Part shown: in pieces, positions 9,015-18,436 of the stretch
Numbering within the stretch: position 1 is the first letter of the stretch
Layout of the letters: each line of letters opens with the position of its first letter
Source of the DNA: Candidatus Krumholzibacteriia bacterium
GTDB taxonomy: Bacteria > Krumholzibacteriota > Krumholzibacteriia > JAJRXK01
Assembly: GCA_041484665.1 (NCBI GenBank)
Contig: JBGPIA010000004.1
Coordinates: 1-64,000 of the forward strand
Direction: 5' to 3'
DNA: 64,000 nucleotides
Translations under genes and position numbers: made by a program
Notes under the pieces: generated by a model
Database searches by the model: none
Told to the model about the DNA's origin: nothing
Seen by the model: the letters and a program-made list of their open reading frames with translations, nothing else

Positions 9015-11045
9015 ATGCAAAGCGTCAGGATGGCCGCGTGGACGCGTCGCGTAGGCGGCCTCGCGGTGGTCGTGTGCGTAGGGATCGCCACGCTCGTCCC
9101 ACCCTTCGCCGCTGCCCAAGGCCAGGATCCCAACCCAATCCATGAGGCCGACGGGTGGAAGGCCGCTGCGGCCGCAGCGGGGCGCGATGCCGCCGCGATC
9201 TCCAAGCTGCAGGTGGGCAACCAGGCCCAGTACGACGCCCTGCACTATACGCTTTGGATCGTGCCGTCCTTCCAGAGCGCCACGATCCACGGCGTCGTGG
9301 TGATCACGCTGCGCAGCCTGGTGAACGGCCTCGACCACATCGATCTCGACCTCTACAACACGATGATCGTCTCCTCCGTGCGCGAGGACGCGGTGCCCCT
9401 GACGTTCACCCACGTCGCGAACCGACTCAGCGTCACGCTGCGCCGGCCGCTCTCCGCTAGCGAGCAGACCGCGCTCTCGATCGACTACGGTGGCGCCCCC
9501 CAGCCGGCGGGGTTCATGGGCATGCAGTTCCGCAGCCACGACGGTCAGCCGATCCTCGCGACCCTCAGCGAGCCGTATTACGCGCGCAGCTGGTGGCCGT
9601 GCAAGGACGTACCCGACGACAAGACCTCCGTGCGCCTGTCGTGCCTGGTCCCGGCCTCGATGTACTGCGCCAGCAACGGTGTGCTGGTCTCGGAGGTGCC
9701 CGACGGCCAGGGCAATGTACTGTACACCTGGGAGGAGAACTACCCGATCAGCCCCTACCTGGTGAGCATCGCCGCCACGAACTACGTGGGTTGGTCGGAG
9801 TCGTACGTTTCTCCGTTGGGCCATGCCATGACCCTGGAGTACAAGGTCTTCCCCGAGCACCTGGCGGCGGCGCATGTGGACTTCGCCCACACCTCGGAGA
9901 TGATCGACCTCTACGCCACGCTCTTCGGCGAGTATCCATTCATCCGGGACAAGTACGGGATGGCCGAGTTCGTCTGGAACGGCGCGATGGAGCACCAGAC
10001 GATGACCAGTTACGGCAATACACTCATCACCGGCACGCAGCAGTTCGAGCGCCTGGTGGGGCACGAGCTCAGCCATCAGTGGTGGGGCAACCTCCTGAGC
10101 CTCACCGACTGGAACGACGTCTGGCTCAACGAAGGCTTCGCCACCTACTGTGAGGCGCTGTGGCTCGAGCACTCCAAGGGAACGGCCACGGCCCGCAGCT
10201 ATCTGAACGGCCACTCCGCACCCTTCTCCGGGCCCGTCACCCCACCCGAGGCGCTCTTCAACTACACCGTCTACTTCAAGGGCGCGTGGGTCCTGCACAT
10301 GCTGCGCCACGTGCTGGGCGACAACGATTTCTTTCGGTCGATGCGGGCGTACGCCGCGCTGCCCCAGCAACAGTACGGCAACGTGCGCACGGCGGACTTC
10401 GTCGCCGCCGTCGAGGGCACGATCGGCCGCCCGCTGGGCTGGTTCTTCGACGAATGGCTCTACCGCAGCGATCGCCCGGTCTACGACATGCAGTGGAGCA
10501 CGCAGCCGTCCGGTGACCGAACGCGGGTCGATGTGACGATCCGGCAGACGCAGCCCGGCGCGCCGTACGTCATGCCGCTGGAGGTCGTCATCGACACGCC
10601 GACGGGCAGCCAGACCTTCGAGACCTGGAATGAGTCCGCCGTGCAGATCACGACGTACATGGTCGACGCTCCACCCACCGCCGTGTCGCTGGACCCCAAC
10701 GACTACGTGCTGGGCACCGATTCCAGCCAGCAGACCCCCACCGCGGTGCGACCGGCGGGCTCCGCGCTGCGCGTGGAGCTCTTGCCCAACGCTCCCAACC
10801 CGTTCAATCCCAGCACGCTGCTGCGCTTTTCGCTCGCGTCGGTGGCCGACGTGCAAATGACGATCCATGATACGCGCGGTCGGATCGTGCGGCGGCTGCG
10901 GCTGGATGAGCTGCAGCCCGGGCTGCACGAGGTGCGTTGGAACGGTGAGGACGACGCCGGCGCCGCCGTCGCCTCCGGGGTGTACTACGTTCGTCTGCAG
11001 GCGCCGGGCACCGATCTCAGCCGTCCCGTGGATCTGGTGCGGTGA
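9015..11045 (+). CDS. Secreted M1-family Zn aminopeptidase with C-terminal FlgD-Ig/T9SS-like sorting domain
   Basis: GAMEH, HELSHQWWG, WLNEGFA and YFKGA motifs; C-terminal NAPNPFNP...WNGED..G..VASGVY; signal peptide; start approximate. Confidence 0.9.
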   Translation: MQSVRMAAWTRRVGGLAVVVCVGIATLVPPFAAAQGQDPNPIHEADGWKAAAAAAGRDAAAISKLQVGNQAQYDALHYTLWIVPSFQSATIHGVVVITLRSLVNGLDHIDLDLYNTMIVSSVREDAVPLTFTHVANRLSVTLRRPLSASEQTALSIDYGGAPQPAGFMGMQFRSHDGQPILATLSEPYYARSWWPCKDVPDDKTSVRLSCLVPASMYCASNGVLVSEVPDGQGNVLYTWEENYPISPYLVSIAATNYVGWSESYVSPLGHAMTLEYKVFPEHLAAAHVDFAHTSEMIDLYATLFGEYPFIRDKYGMAEFVWNGAMEHQTMTSYGNTLITGTQQFERLVGHELSHQWWGNLLSLTDWNDVWLNEGFATYCEALWLEHSKGTATARSYLNGHSAPFSGPVTPPEALFNYTVYFKGAWVLHMLRHVLGDNDFFRSMRAYAALPQQQYGNVRTADFVAAVEGTIGRPLGWFFDEWLYRSDRPVYDMQWSTQPSGDRTRVDVTIRQTQPGAPYVMPLEVVIDTPTGSQTFETWNESAVQITTYMVDAPPTAVSLDPNDYVLGTDSSQQTPTAVRPAGSALRVELLPNAPNPFNPSTLLRFSLASVADVQMTIHDTRGRIVRRLRLDELQPGLHEVRWNGEDDAGAAVASGVYYVRLQAPGTDLSRPVDLVR

Positions 11046-11458
11046 GCCCTGGCCCGCGCCCTCTGCTCTTGCTCCACGCGGGCGCAACCATCGATCCGGA
11101 CCTGAGCAATCTCGAGCCCACTGCCCTCGCCCTCGACCGCATCTTCCTCGACGCGGACCGCCTGCTGCAGGAAGGCGCTGCGGCACTCACCGCCGTGGCG
11201 CGCGCCGTGGCCGCCATGGAGGCCGACCCGCTGTTCAACGCTGGATACGGGGGTAAGCTGCAGGCCGATGGCGTCGTGCGCCTGAGCACCTCCGCCATGG
11301 ACGGCAGCCGCCGCCGGTTCGGCGCGGTGATCAACGTGCAGCGCTTGTATCATCCCAGCCGCCTGGCGCTGCATCTGCTCGAGCAGGAGGACCGCGTGTT
11401 GGACGGTGACGGCGCGGGCGCGTCAGCGACGCGGCCGCCCGCTGGACGACGGCGGTGA
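11042..11458 (+). pseudogene. Truncated isoaspartyl peptidase/L-asparaginase (Ntn hydrolase), N-terminal part only
   Basis: LHAGA, AV..MEADPLFNAGYG, SAMDG and FGAV motifs; ends before the catalytic Thr, with no room before the convergent gene. Confidence 0.7.
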
Positions 11459-11525
11459 TGGCGTATCGCCTGTGGCGCGGCGGCGCGCTGGACGGCTGGC
11501 CGCGGTGGCGCGTGGGGACCGGCGA

Positions 11526-11987
11526 TCAGACCTGCTCACCGGGCGGCCGCAGCTTGCCCCACTCGCGACTCTCGTAGCGCTCGCCGGTGGCGAGGTCGTA
11601 GCCCTCAATGCCCGCGCTGCGTGGAAAGCCACGGTGGATCGCCTCGCAGTGGTAGCAGAGCAGGATCTCCGGCAGCAGCATGTAGAGGCCCAGATCGATC
11701 GCCGCGGCCACCAGCAGGCTCAAGCCCCGCGTGTGCACGCTGAACGCCGCCGCCACGATCACCACCAGCAGGCCGAGCTTGCGGTTGAAGTCGCGCTGGC
11801 GGTAGAGGCGGTCGCACGCGCAGACCGCGCAGCGCGCGAGGCGGCCCTGCGCGTCGAGCGCGCCGGTGGGATCGACGGAATGCGCCTCGCCGCAGCCGGC
11901 GCAGGCGACCCCGGCCGGCGCGGTCGCGGGCCGCAGCCACAAACCGCAGCCGCAGCGGCGGCAGCGGAAGTTGATCTCGCGGGCCAT
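11526..11987 (-). CDS. Membrane protein with four CxxC pairs
   Basis: CRRC, CAGC and CAVC, two TM helices, then CYHC; GGAG RBS. Confidence 0.75.
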   Translation of the reverse strand: MAREINFRCRRCGCGLWLRPATAPAGVACAGCGEAHSVDPTGALDAQGRLARCAVCACDRLYRQRDFNRKLGLLVVIVAAAFSVHTRGLSLLVAAAIDLGLYMLLPEILLCYHCEAIHRGFPRSAGIEGYDLATGERYESREWGKLRPPGEQV

Positions 11988-12000
11988 GGTGGCCACTCCC

Positions 12001-12780
12001 TCAAATCGGCAAGCGGTAGCTGACGGCGAAGTAGGTGGCCACCGCCTCGCCCATCAGGGCCAGGAACGCGGCGACGTAGAGCAGCCCCGTCGCCGACTGG
12101 TTCGCGCGGCGCTTGACGCAATCCCAGATCATCGGCAGCAGTGCGGCCAGCGCCACCAGCACCAGGCCGCGCTGGGCCAGGAACGCCACGTGATCGATCA
12201 GGAAGATCCCCCGGTCGACGCCCGCCGGCGAGGCGAGCAGCTGGCCGCCGACCACCGGCACCAGCGCGGCCGCCAGCCGCAGCACGAGCAGCACGCCCAA
12301 GAGTTTCGTGAACCGTGCCAGATAGCCGAACGAGAGCCGCGGCGTCACCAGGTAGAAGTGGCCCAGGATCATCGCCACCATTGTGCCGCCCACGAGCAGG
12401 CTGCTCAGCAGGAACGTGAGCCACAGGAACGCGGTGCTGTTGTAGAAGGCGCTGCCGTGCAGCCGCCGCGACTCGCCGAGCATGGCGATCGCCGCGAGCG
12501 CAAGCGCCAGCCCCACGAACGTGAAGGCTGCGCGGGGCGAGGCCGTCGGATCGAGCATGAAGCTCAGCATCAGCGCCAGGGCCGCCCCGGCCAGCCAGAG
12601 ATTCACCAGGCCCAGATCGCCGCGGCTGCGGATCGCCAGCGCCGCGATCCACAGGCCGAGCGCGCAGAGCGAATTGAGGACGTAGTAGGTGCGCCCGATC
12701 TGACGCGGGCCGACCAGCGGCATCGTGGCCAGCATGCCGAAGCCCAGGCGGACGAAGAAGTGATAGAGGATCTCGCTCAT
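12001..12780 (-). CDS. Polytopic membrane protein (MILGHFYL motif)
   Basis: About 7-8 hydrophobic segments; promoter directly upstream. Confidence 0.75.
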   Translation of the reverse strand: MSEILYHFFVRLGFGMLATMPLVGPRQIGRTYYVLNSLCALGLWIAALAIRSRGDLGLVNLWLAGAALALMLSFMLDPTASPRAAFTFVGLALALAAIAMLGESRRLHGSAFYNSTAFLWLTFLLSSLLVGGTMVAMILGHFYLVTPRLSFGYLARFTKLLGVLLVLRLAAALVPVVGGQLLASPAGVDRGIFLIDHVAFLAQRGLVLVALAALLPMIWDCVKRRANQSATGLLYVAAFLALMGEAVATYFAVSYRLPI

Positions 12781-12807
12781 GCAGGGGCTCGACGGCGCAA
12801 GCGCGCG

Positions 12808-12837
12808 AGTATAGGCTCCGCGCTCGCAGGGTGTCAA
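12808..12837 (-). promoter_or_regulatory. sigma70 promoter
   Basis: TTGACA-N18-TATACT on the minus strand. Confidence 0.6.
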
Positions 12838-12877
12838 ACGAGCGTGCCGCGGCACTGCGCGGCGGTCGGAGGGGCAG

Positions 12878-13537
12878 ATGTACCGCGTGGGGATCCTGCT
12901 GTCCGGATGTGGAGAGCTCGACGGGAGCGATCCGGCACAGACCGTGGCGGCGTACATGCGCATCGAGACGGCCGGCGCCGAAGTGGTCGCATTCGCCCCC
13001 GACGTGCAGCAGCGCGACTCGATCCATCCGCTCACCGGAGCCACTCTGTCCGCGCCACGGCAGGCGCTCGCCGAGAGCGCGCGGCTGGCCCGCGGCGCCT
13101 GCCGCCCCGCCGCCGCGGTCACCGCGCTTCACGTCGACGCTCTGGTCGTGCCCGGCGGCCTGGGAGTGGTCAAGACGCTGTGCGACGTGGCCGTGTCCGG
13201 AGCGGACGCCACGCTCGAGCCTCAGGTGGCACGCGTGCTCGCCGAATTGCAGCGCGAGCGCAAGCCCGTCGCCGCGCTGGGTGAGGCAGTGCTGTTGATC
13301 GGGTTGTCGCGCCGCGAGCAGCGCCTGCGACTGGCCTGCGGCACCGACCCGGCGCTCGCCTTGCTGCTGCGCGAGCTGGGCCACGAGCCCGTCGCGGGCG
13401 GCCCCGCCGAGAAGATCGTGGACGCGAACGGCCGCCTCGTGAGCGCTGCCGTCCCCTTCGGGCTGCTGGCCAGCCCGGCGATGGCAGCGGCGACTGGCGC
13501 GGTGGACCAATTGCTGGAGTGGCTCTTGGCCGTCTAG
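12878..13537 (+). CDS. ElbB/ES1-like DJ-1 superfamily protein with degenerate active site
   Basis: ILLSGCGELDGS, VAFAPD, LAESARLARG and LVVPGGLG motifs; GGAGG RBS. Confidence 0.75.
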   Translation: MYRVGILLSGCGELDGSDPAQTVAAYMRIETAGAEVVAFAPDVQQRDSIHPLTGATLSAPRQALAESARLARGACRPAAAVTALHVDALVVPGGLGVVKTLCDVAVSGADATLEPQVARVLAELQRERKPVAALGEAVLLIGLSRREQRLRLACGTDPALALLLRELGHEPVAGGPAEKIVDANGRLVSAAVPFGLLASPAMAAATGAVDQLLEWLLAV

Positions 13538-14245
13538 GCCCGGCGCGCGCCGCACCGGATTCGCACCGGGGAGGCGCCACGGAGATCGGGGGCACGGGAC
13601 CAGCCGGGATTGCCGAGCAGGCCGCGCTCGTTCGGATCGAGCGCTTCGCAGACGGTTCCCGGATGCTGCCTCCGGGGTGTGTCAGACTACGCGAGGGTCC
13701 CCGTCGTCCAGCATTCTGGTTGGATCGAACGGCAGCAGCCCCCGAGCACCCCAGCCGGCCCCGCGCCCACAAATTGGGCGGATCAAGAAGTGCGGCCGCC
13801 GATTGGTCCCGCCTGTGCCCCGCATTGCCAGGCGTTGTCGACCGAACGACCTCCCGACGGCCGCGAACCCATCGCGCGAGTTGGCGCCCTGAGCGCTCTG
13901 CTCGCCCCGCGCGAGAACGCGCGCGGTGGAAGTGCGAGGGACGAGCGGTCCCTGGTGTGAGTGGATCTCACCCGCCCGCCCCTCGAGCTCCCGTTTGCGG
14001 ACCTCTGCCGCCCCGCTCGCTCTTGGGTCCGACGCGACTCTTCCCCAGACTGACCGTCGAGCATCACGATGGCGACATGAGGTCCACACCGCACCGGGCT
14101 CGCAGGCGAGCCCGTATCAGCGCTTGGCGGAGCCTGGAGCGAGGGGGGATCGACCGATCCGCGCACCAGCCCCCGTGCTCCGCCGTCCATGGGAAGCGGG
14201 AATGGGCCGAGGCCAGGATCGGGTGCGCGGGCGCGTAGCGAGATG

Positions 14246-14498
14246 GACGCTGCTGCGGCCTTGTTCCTATCTCGCGACAATGCACCGACGCGGTTGCACG
14301 ACGAGGGTGTCAGGGCCCAGCCAGAACCGCTTCCGATGGACGTCGCTGGCGAGTGCCAAAGCTGCTGGCCGTGCTCCGTGCCGGGGCCGGCACGGGATTT
14401 CGCGACAGGGGAGACCGCAACCTCGGCGTCGCCCTCAAGGCCAGGACACGGGCGGGTTGTTGGATAGACAAACAAGCCCGACGGCCCAGTCTTGACTT
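14246..14498 (-). ncRNA. Candidate structured non-coding RNA
   Basis: Nested long-range helices with G-U pairs only on the minus strand; upstream promoter; no credible ORF. Confidence 0.4.
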
Positions 14499-14504
14499 GC
14501 TCGA

Positions 14505-14533
14505 AAGGTACGGGTCCAGCGCAGCCGCGTCAA
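14505..14533 (-). promoter_or_regulatory. sigma70 promoter firing into the ORF-free region
   Basis: TTGACG-N17-TACCTT on the minus strand. Confidence 0.55.
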
Positions 14534-14680
14534 CCCCCTCTGCGGGACGGCGCAAAGACTGCCGCGCTGGAGCCGCCGAGCTCAAAATTCAGCGCCGCGG
14601 CGGCCGGGCCGCCCGCGGCGCCGGCCGATGGGCGACGGGTGCCGGGCGCGCGCGGCGCGCCTGTGCGCGCGCCCGACGTC

Positions 14681-15541
14681 TCAGGGATGCACGAAGCGGA
14701 TGCTGCTGCCGCCGTCCACTGCCAGCACCTGTCCGGTGACGAACGGCGCGCGCGCAAGGAACAGCACGGCCTGCGCCACGTCGTCGGGCGTGCCGTAGAC
14801 CGCGCGCGGGATGCTGCTGCGCGGTGGCTTGGCCGCAGCTCCCCTCTCCTCCCCCGGAATCCAGAGGGTTCCCGGCGCGACGGCGTTCACCCGCACCTGC
14901 GGCGCGAGTGCGAGCGCCATCACGCGCGTGAGCATGACGATCCCCGCCTTGCTGAGGCTGTAGGGGATGTGCTGCGCGTAGGGGCGCAGGCCGCCCACCG
15001 AGGCGATGTTGACGATGGCGCCCCCGCCGCGCGCACGCATCGCACGGCCACACTGCAGGCTGAGCAGGTACGGCGCGCGCAGATTGACGGCGATCGTATC
15101 GTCGAAGACCGGCGCGTCGCTGGCGAGCAGCCCGGCCGCGGGGAAGACCGCCGCATTGTTCACCAGCAGGTCGATCGGTCCCATCGTTCGCTCGACCTGG
15201 GGCGCCAGCGCTTCCGCCTGCGCGGCCACGCGCAGGTCGGCGCGGAAGACCGCCGCGCGGCCGCCCGCAGCGCGCACCGCGCCCGCCACCTCCTCGGCCG
15301 GCGCATGGCTGCCGTAGGCGTGGATGGCCACGTCGAAACCCGCCTCGCCCAGCGCGAGGGCGATCTGCCGCCCCAACCGCCGGCCGCCCCCGGTGACCAG
15401 GGCCAGGGGCCGGTGCGGGGGCTGCGCGGACCGTGGCGTCGACCGCGGCCCGGACTGTGGCGCCGATCGCGGCACGGCCGGGGCGGCGCGCCGGGGCGCG
15501 CGGGGACGGCGGGAGTTCGAGTGAGAGGCGGGTTGGGCCAT
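14681..15541 (-). CDS. SDR oxidoreductase, pteridine reductase/FolM-like
   Basis: TGGGRRLG, LVNNA, YSLSK, VRVNAVAPG and VTGQVLAVDGG motifs; start uncertain. Confidence 0.85.
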   Translation of the reverse strand: MAQPASHSNSRRPRAPRRAAPAVPRSAPQSGPRSTPRSAQPPHRPLALVTGGGRRLGRQIALALGEAGFDVAIHAYGSHAPAEEVAGAVRAAGGRAAVFRADLRVAAQAEALAPQVERTMGPIDLLVNNAAVFPAAGLLASDAPVFDDTIAVNLRAPYLLSLQCGRAMRARGGGAIVNIASVGGLRPYAQHIPYSLSKAGIVMLTRVMALALAPQVRVNAVAPGTLWIPGEERGAAAKPPRSSIPRAVYGTPDDVAQAVLFLARAPFVTGQVLAVDGGSSIRFVHP

Positions 15542-15656
15542 CGCGCACCTCGGCCGGGAAGAGTGTCGATCCGGGGCGACCTTCGTTATACTGGCGATAC
15601 TCCGGCCGCTGCACAACTGCATCCGCCCCCCGCCCCGCCGACCGAGGACTCCACCC

Positions 15657-17195
15657 ATGAAGGACGTCACGACCCTGGGCGCTCTGCGCGCGACGGACTA
15701 CCGCCCCCAGCCGGTCAAGGAGGAGGTCCGCACCAACGCGATCCGCCTCCTGCGCGAAGGCACCGAGCTGTTCCCGGGCATCATCGGCTACGAGCAGACG
15801 GTATTGCCCGAGCTGATGAACGCGCTGCTGTCCCGGCACGACCTGATCCTGCTGGGCCTGCGCGGGCAGGCCAAGACGCGCATCGTGCGCGGATTGGTCC
15901 GCTTCCTCGATCCGGCCGTCCCGGCCATCGCCGGCAGCCCCATCCACGACGATCCGGTGCGGCCGATCTCGGCCTTCGGACGCCGCATGGTGCGCGAGGC
16001 GGGAGAGGACACGCCCATCGTCTGGCTGGCGCCCGAGGACCGCTTCCAGGAGAAGCTCGCCACGCCCGACGTCACGATCGCCGATCTGATCGGCGACGTC
16101 GATCCGATCAAGGCCGCCCGTGAAGGCAAGAGCCTCGACGACGAGGAGGTCATCCAGTACGGGCTGGTGCCGCGCAGCCACCGCGGGATCTTCGCCATCA
16201 ACGAGCTGCCCGACCTCGCGCCCCGCATCCAGGTGGGGCTGCTCAACATCATGGAGGAGAAGGACGTCCAGATCCGCGGCTTCCCGGTGCGCATGCCAGT
16301 GGATGTGCTCATGGTCTTCACCGCCAACCCGGAGGACTACACCAACCGCGGCAGCATCATCACGCCGCTGAAGGACCGCATCGACAGCCAGATCCACACC
16401 CACTACCCCTCGTCCCTGCAGGAGGCGATGCGCATCACCGAGCAGGAGGCGTGGACGCAGCGCGGAGTACACCTGCAGATTCCGACCTTCCTGCGCCGCG
16501 TGGTGGACGAGGTGGTGTTCCTCGCCCGCGAGAGTGAGTTCGTCGACCAGTCGTCGGGCGTGAGCGCCCGCGTGGCGATCAGCGCCTACGAGAACCTGCT
16601 GAGCAATCTGGAGCGCCGCGCCTTGCTGCTGCGCGAGAGCCGGGCCGTGGCCCGCGTCTGCGACCTGCCTGCGATGGTCCCTGCGCTCACCGGCAAGATC
16701 GAGCTGGCCTACGAGGGCGAGCAGGAGGGGGCGCTGGCCGTATGCCGCGATCTGCTGGGCAAGGCGGTGCGCAAGGTCTTCCTCGAGCACTTCCCCGACC
16801 CCAAGGGTGCAGAGCCCAAGCGGCGGCGCGGACGCGCCGAGCAGGGTGGAAGCCACGACGCCGACCCCGACGAGCGGGGTGGCCCGCGCGAGGTCGACCA
16901 GTCGATCTACGCCCCGATCACGAGCTTCTTCGCCGCCGGCAGCCGCGTCGAGGTGAGCGACCTGCAGCCCGAGAGCGCCTACCGCGCTCAGCTCGCCGCG
17001 GTGCCCGGGTTGGAGGCACTGGCCCGCAAGCACATGCAGCTGCATGACGACGAGGTGGCCCCGGCCATGGAGCTGGTGCTGGAGGGCCTCTACCAGGGCA
17101 GCTTCGTGGCCAAGGAGAACCTCGACCGCTCGACCTTCTACAGCGACATGCTCATGCGCATGTTCGAGGGGATGGGCAAGGCCAAGCGCTCCTGA
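15657..17195 (+). CDS. AAA+ ATPase, Mg-chelatase subunit I/MoxR-like
   Basis: GLRGQAKT Walker A, FAINELPDL Walker-B variant, FTANPEDYTNRG. Confidence 0.85.
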   Translation: MKDVTTLGALRATDYRPQPVKEEVRTNAIRLLREGTELFPGIIGYEQTVLPELMNALLSRHDLILLGLRGQAKTRIVRGLVRFLDPAVPAIAGSPIHDDPVRPISAFGRRMVREAGEDTPIVWLAPEDRFQEKLATPDVTIADLIGDVDPIKAAREGKSLDDEEVIQYGLVPRSHRGIFAINELPDLAPRIQVGLLNIMEEKDVQIRGFPVRMPVDVLMVFTANPEDYTNRGSIITPLKDRIDSQIHTHYPSSLQEAMRITEQEAWTQRGVHLQIPTFLRRVVDEVVFLARESEFVDQSSGVSARVAISAYENLLSNLERRALLLRESRAVARVCDLPAMVPALTGKIELAYEGEQEGALAVCRDLLGKAVRKVFLEHFPDPKGAEPKRRRGRAEQGGSHDADPDERGGPREVDQSIYAPITSFFAAGSRVEVSDLQPESAYRAQLAAVPGLEALARKHMQLHDDEVAPAMELVLEGLYQGSFVAKENLDRSTFYSDMLMRMFEGMGKAKRS

Positions 17196-17217
17196 GGGGC
17201 GCCCGCGCGGCACGACC

Positions 17218-18348
17218 ATGCGCTACGAGTATTTCGCCTTCGACCCGTCGATGCTGCACCGGCTGCTGGACCTCCAGAGCCTCAAGCAGCTGTTCCGCAC
17301 GCTGGTCACCATGACGGCCGGCAACGTGCAGCAGGCGCTGGCCATCCTGGAGCGCCTGCGCGAGCAAGGCCTGGTGCCGCCTTCGACCGATCTCGATGCC
17401 CTCCGCGAGCAGTTGCAGCAGGACGAGGAGATCGGCACTCAGCCCGACGGGACGCTGACGCTGACCCCCAAGGGCGAGCGGGCGCTGCGGCGCACCGCTC
17501 TGGAGCAGGTCTTCGGCAAGCTGCGCAAGCGCGGCGCTGGTGACCACCCGGTGCCGCGGGAGGGGCACAGCGGCGAGCGTGCGTCCCACACCCGGCCCTG
17601 GCGCTTCGGCGATGAGCTGAGCGACATCGACTTCATGCAGAGCTACCGCAACGCGCTGCGCCGCAACGCGCGCACCGCGCACGGCGACGGGACGAGCCTC
17701 CCATCGCCCGACCAGCTGCCGCTGCGCGAGGACGACCTCGAGGTCCACGAGACCGAGCACCTGGCCAGCTGCGCCACGGTGCTGCTCCTGGACATCAGCC
17801 ATAGCATGATCCTCTACGGCGAGGACCGCATCACGCCCGCCAAGCAGGTGGCCCTCGCGCTGATCGAGCTGATCACCACGCGCTATCCCAAGGACACTAT
17901 CGACGTGGTGCTGTTCGGCGACGAGGCACAGCGGATCACCCTGGACGAGGTTCCCTACGTGCAGGTGGGCCCCTTCCACACCAATACCAAGGCGGCGCTG
18001 CAGGCGGCGCGGCGGATCCTGCGGCACCGCAAGCACTCCAACAAGCAGGTGATCCTGATCACCGACGGGAAACCCACCGTGATCGTGGATGACGAGGGCG
18101 CGCTCTACCGCAACACCTTCGGCCTGGACCCGAAGATCGTGAGCAAGACCCTCGACGAGGCGATCGCGCTGCGCAAGGAGCGCATCCCAATCACCACCTT
18201 CATGATCGCCAGCGACCCGTACCTGCAGCGCTTCGTGCACCGGCTCACCGAGCTCAATCGCGGCAAGGCCTACTTCGCCGAGCCCGGCCAGCTGGGGCAG
18301 TTCGTGCTGGTGGACTTCGTGCGCAATCGGCGTGGGAAGGCGCGCTAG
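17218..18348 (+). CDS. vWA-domain protein partnered with the AAA+ ATPase
   Basis: MIDAS DISHSM, TNT and LITDGKP motifs. Confidence 0.85.
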   Translation: MRYEYFAFDPSMLHRLLDLQSLKQLFRTLVTMTAGNVQQALAILERLREQGLVPPSTDLDALREQLQQDEEIGTQPDGTLTLTPKGERALRRTALEQVFGKLRKRGAGDHPVPREGHSGERASHTRPWRFGDELSDIDFMQSYRNALRRNARTAHGDGTSLPSPDQLPLREDDLEVHETEHLASCATVLLLDISHSMILYGEDRITPAKQVALALIELITTRYPKDTIDVVLFGDEAQRITLDEVPYVQVGPFHTNTKAALQAARRILRHRKHSNKQVILITDGKPTVIVDDEGALYRNTFGLDPKIVSKTLDEAIALRKERIPITTFMIASDPYLQRFVHRLTELNRGKAYFAEPGQLGQFVLVDFVRNRRGKAR

Positions 18349-18436
18349 GCGCCAGCGTGGCGCATCGCGCCCCCGCTCCCCGCGCCACCGCGCCACCGCG
18401 CCGCGCGCGGCGTGCGGCGTGCCGGGGCCGCCGGCG

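Noticed and set aside
14370..14410. Cobalamin-riboswitch-like GAAATCCC...CCCCG segment
   Set aside because: Lacks the GGGAA, GCCACTG and B12-box elements
14500..14585. c-di-GMP-I riboswitch-like words (GGCGCAAAG, GGGTCC) on the plus strand
   Set aside because: Elements are in the wrong order, there is no GNRA stem and no downstream plus-strand gene
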